Part shown: piece after piece, positions 61,356 to 64,000 of the stretch
How the letters are laid out: the number at the start of each line of letters is the position of its first letter
Position numbering within the stretch: the first letter of the stretch is position 1
From: Turneriella sp.
GTDB taxonomy: Bacteria > Spirochaetota > Leptospiria > Turneriellales > Turneriellaceae
Assembly: GCA_965279515.1 (NCBI GenBank)
Contig: CBDIID010000003.1
Coordinates: forward strand, 64,001 to 128,000
Direction: 5' to 3'
DNA length: 64,000 nucleotides
The notes under the pieces: model-generated
The model's database searches: none
The model's input: the letters and a program-made list of their open reading frames with translations, nothing else
What the model was told of the DNA's origin: nothing
Program-made: the position numbers and the translations under genes

Positions 61356-61461
61356 GATGAATCTGCAAGGCATTACAAATGCCCCCGGCCAAGCATGGAG
61401 GCTTGGCCGGAGATTACTACAAATATTTGACCTTGTGTTTCAATTGATATACATTGTCTGC

Positions 61462-61722
61462 ATGGCCAAAGACGCAATTATAAATGCCCGGGTTGAAAGC
61501 CGACTTAAGACTAAGGTCGATCAGATTTTCAATGTTCTGGGATTGTCTCAAACCGAAGCCATAACGCTTTTTTATAAACAAGTTGAGCTTAACCAAGGGT
61601 TACCCTTTGACGTCAAAGTACCAAATAAGCTCACTAAAAAAACTCTTAAGGATTCGAGAATCGGGAAGAATATCAAGAAGTTTAAGTCAAAAACTGACCT
61701 CTACGCTGACTTGGGTATTTAG
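61462..61722 (+). CDS. dinJ: RelB/DinJ antitoxin
   Basis: INARVE..LK...LGLSQTEAI.LF...GLPFDVKVPN..T. Confidence 0.9.
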   Translation: MAKDAIINARVESRLKTKVDQIFNVLGLSQTEAITLFYKQVELNQGLPFDVKVPNKLTKKTLKDSRIGKNIKKFKSKTDLYADLGI

Positions 61723-61991
61723 TGCTCGATATCGAGCGTAGCAATCAATTCAAGAAAGATCTAAAGCGATCTCTCAAGAGAGGCAAGGATCCAGAAAAAT
61801 TGAAGGTTCTTATTGAACTGTTAGTTCAACAGAAAGCTTTACCCGCTAAGAATAGAGATCACAAACTGGCGGGTGACTACATCGATTGCAGAGAATGCCA
61901 TATCGAGCCAGATTGGCTTCTGATCTATACAGCAAATGAGACGGTGCTGCGCCTAGAGCGGACAGGCTCACATGCAGATTTATTTGAATAG
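61722..61991 (+). CDS. yafQ: YafQ toxin
   Basis: DHKLAGDY..CRECHIEPDWLLIY...RTGSHADLF. Confidence 0.93.
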   Translation: MLDIERSNQFKKDLKRSLKRGKDPEKLKVLIELLVQQKALPAKNRDHKLAGDYIDCRECHIEPDWLLIYTANETVLRLERTGSHADLFE

Positions 61992-62046
61992 CGATTTATA
62001 GCGCTGACAGGATGTCAGCGAGGCTCAGGCGACTTGCAGATTTTTC

Positions 62047-62262
62047 GCACAACGTGGAATTTACCTGACGATTGGTGACACTTGTGTCATTAATTTAATC
62101 AGGAAAGCCAAATCGTGTCACCAATTGTGCCCGGAGCGCCTCGCGGCAAAGCACAAAACAAGCGTCCCGCTTGTGCTTTGTCCGCGATCTTCTGGCGCGT
62201 AGGGCCGAGCACGCGAGGAGCCACGGCACCGCAGCGAGCGCAGCAGGTAAATTTTGTTGTGC
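62047..62262 (-). repeat. attC-like site 33
   Basis: Same repeat family. Confidence 0.85.
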
Positions 62263-62267
62263 GATGG

Positions 62268-63188
62268 TCAATATGGCTTCGGTTTAACTGGCATGCGCGC
62301 CTTCATCATTTTGATGATAGAGGCTTTTGTTTCTTGCTTCGGAATATAGCCAAGAATAGCTGATATCGCGGTATCATTGTACTTGGTACCTTCATAGACA
62401 CTGATTATCTGGATTTTGATATTTTGGGTTTTTTCTGGAAATATTATGGAGGAAAACTTTATCTCATCTTTAAAATCATGTAGTATCTCAAATTTGTCCG
62501 CAACTATTTTGATCTGTTTTAAACGGTTGTTTTGAGCAAAAAGGTACGGTCTATATATGTCTACATATCCGTTCAAAATTGTCATTCCGTCAGTTTTTCG
62601 GGTAAAAGTAACATTAATTTCCTCGGTTGAGCCAAAATCGGCTTCACCTTCTACCCAAGGCGGTACTAATTCGTCATAGTTAAAATCATGACAGGAGCAC
62701 CCTCGATAGAATTTTCGTTTCAACCAATCGGATTTGTAATCAATCTTCCGGCCGAAGATTGATTCAGAATAGAAAGATTTTGTGGAGATACTCTTAAGAT
62801 TAATATCAGATGGCTTAAACACGACGGAATTATTAGACCGAACACCGTAGTTACCCACATAATGTTCAGACATGCTCTCTTTACTCGGTAAATAGAATGC
62901 CTGATTAAAGGAATCACCTGGGATAAGGATGTATTTTCGATCACGAAGCTTAAACTGAATGAAGCTATTTTCTGTCTCAAAAACTATTTTCTTTGTAACA
63001 TCATCAAAAGCAGACTTCAATGAATCTTGCTCGTATTGAAATACTTTACGGCCATCAATTATCAAGCCGCCATTATCCATTAAGGGTAAAGGTATTACAT
63101 CCTCTGATTTTGGATAATCTATGCCACCGAGCTGGCCAAGGGTTATCAGTGATAGAAGTAAGGCGCGCATATAAGTTTTATTTGCCAT
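62268..63188 (-). CDS. Cassette gene: exported protein with NADase-type glycan-binding/discoidin-like domain
   Basis: PWVEG...ILNGY...NNRLKQIKI...SVYEGTKYNDTAIS. Confidence 0.75.
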   Translation of the reverse strand: MANKTYMRALLLSLITLGQLGGIDYPKSEDVIPLPLMDNGGLIIDGRKVFQYEQDSLKSAFDDVTKKIVFETENSFIQFKLRDRKYILIPGDSFNQAFYLPSKESMSEHYVGNYGVRSNNSVVFKPSDINLKSISTKSFYSESIFGRKIDYKSDWLKRKFYRGCSCHDFNYDELVPPWVEGEADFGSTEEINVTFTRKTDGMTILNGYVDIYRPYLFAQNNRLKQIKIVADKFEILHDFKDEIKFSSIIFPEKTQNIKIQIISVYEGTKYNDTAISAILGYIPKQETKASIIKMMKARMPVKPKPY

Positions 63189-63198
63189 ATTGACTTTC

Positions 63199-63421
63199 GC
63201 ACAACGTGGAATTTACACGAGGTCGATGGTGCGTTGCACAAAAACAGCAGGCTTATTTAGAAAACCGCGTATTAAGCACCATCGATCTGCCGTAGACCGC
63301 TCGTTGCGCCTGACCAAACAAACGTCCCGTTTGTCAGGCGTCAACGATCTTTGCGGTCGGAGGCCGAGCACGCGAGGAGCCACGGCACCGCAGCGAGCGC
63401 AGCGTGTAAATTTTGTTGTGT
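63199..63421 (-). repeat. attC-like site 34
   Basis: Same repeat family, close to site 6. Confidence 0.85.
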
Positions 63422-63445
63422 GCCGTTTTGCATCGTTGCCATAAT

Positions 63446-63961
63446 CTATGGAACGATTCTGATTTTTAGTGTCAGAAACGTCTTATCTCTGTATATATGT
63501 AGTTCCGCTTCGGAGCCAGGTAGCTCATTTCGGTTATTCGCCAATTCTTGCAATTTTGATGAAATCTTGCGAAATTCTTTTTCCCAACAAGGATTCGGCG
63601 TTTGATCAAAGTCAGTCGGACAGGATCTGACTAAGTTGAAATCTTGCACCTGGCAGATTATATCACCATCCTTGAATAGGCGGCCACGGAATAGTTGAGT
63701 CCTTGCAATCTTATACCCATCGATTCGGCCATCCAGCGCCCGTGGGCCAAATTGACTAGAAGGCGGTTCTTTGTGATGAACATACACCAAATCAAAATAC
63801 TCATTCACTTCAGTTAAATTTAGGTCGGCATATATCGTTTTTCCTTGCTGCCAATTCCAACATGATTCTGGTGAAGTATTTGCTGGCTTCTCTGTGCGAG
63901 CTTTACTGCACAACAGTAGCAATGTAATCAGTAAGAGTGCATTGCTTGGGTAAAATTTCAT
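63446..63961 (-). CDS. Cassette gene: putative lipoprotein
   Basis: Hydrophobic leader ending LLLC. Confidence 0.7.
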   Translation of the reverse strand: MKFYPSNALLLITLLLLCSKARTEKPANTSPESCWNWQQGKTIYADLNLTEVNEYFDLVYVHHKEPPSSQFGPRALDGRIDGYKIARTQLFRGRLFKDGDIICQVQDFNLVRSCPTDFDQTPNPCWEKEFRKISSKLQELANNRNELPGSEAELHIYRDKTFLTLKIRIVP

Positions 63962-63974
63962 CTTGCAAAATGGC

Positions 63975-64000
63975 ACACAACGTTGGAATTTCGCGAGGTG
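63975..64000 (-). repeat. attC-like site 35 (cut by window edge)
   Basis: ACACAAC GTTGG AATTT; cassette end matches GTTGTGTGCC at 63415. Confidence 0.7.

Larger units (their letters stand above)
26771..64000 (-). mobile_element. Superintegron-like gene cassette array (35 cassettes visible, continues past the right edge; integrase not in window)
   Basis: 36 related AAC...GTT palindromes separating 1-2 gene AT-rich units; many TA pairs; cassette ends complementary. Confidence 0.9.

Noticed and set aside
26864..62020. ANGGA hairpins as simple rho-independent terminators
   Set aside because: Most lack T tracts, they occur at both cassette ends regardless of gene direction, and the loop sequence is conserved and strand-specific.
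29024..63444. Dozens of similar 60-100 aa ORFs (for example ...RRAEHARSYGTAAAQ...)
   Set aside because: They are translations of the GC-rich palindromic attC-like repeats on both strands, with inconsistent starts, frames and ends.
26771..64000. CRISPR array interpretation of the regular repeats
   Set aside because: Repeats are about 200 bp, the intervening units are gene-sized and variable, and there are no cas genes in the window.
1..64000. rRNA, tRNA, reverse transcriptase or group II intron
   Set aside because: None recognised by eye, so the RNA-intermediate idea has no enzyme support within this window.

Overview
Bacterial chromosome segment. Gene content resembles a Leptospiraceae spirochaete such as Turneriella (inference, not verified). 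Bases 1-25474 are GC-rich core genes: an NlpC/P60 peptidase, an L,D-transpeptidase, pcnB, an Ltp3/Ltp4-like thiolase-fold plus DUF35 cluster, an alginate-export-type porin, ahcY, adenosine deaminase, a CcmH-like protein and a large Ig/beta-propeller surface protein. From about 26771 to the right edge lies a superintegron-like cassette array. It has 36 copies (two partial) of an unusually long (about 194-223 bp) branched attC-like palindrome bounded by AAC...GTT. These separate 35 cassettes, mostly AT-richer, which include 11 toxin-antitoxin pairs, many lipoprotein/membrane genes, a HEPN-like gene and 4 ORF-less cassettes. Six IS copies (3 IS481, 2 IS5, 1 IS1182) lie in or at the array. No integrase gene is in the window; polarity evidence places attI/intI beyond the right edge. 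Two features are not explained by the standard integron model. (1) 29 of 35 cassettes have their own 16-27 bp terminal inverted repeat with a fixed G/A mismatch at position 11. (2) 15 cassettes carry exactly two CsrA/RsmA-type C-ANGGAN-G hairpins, one near each end and always on the + strand, while I found none in the others.
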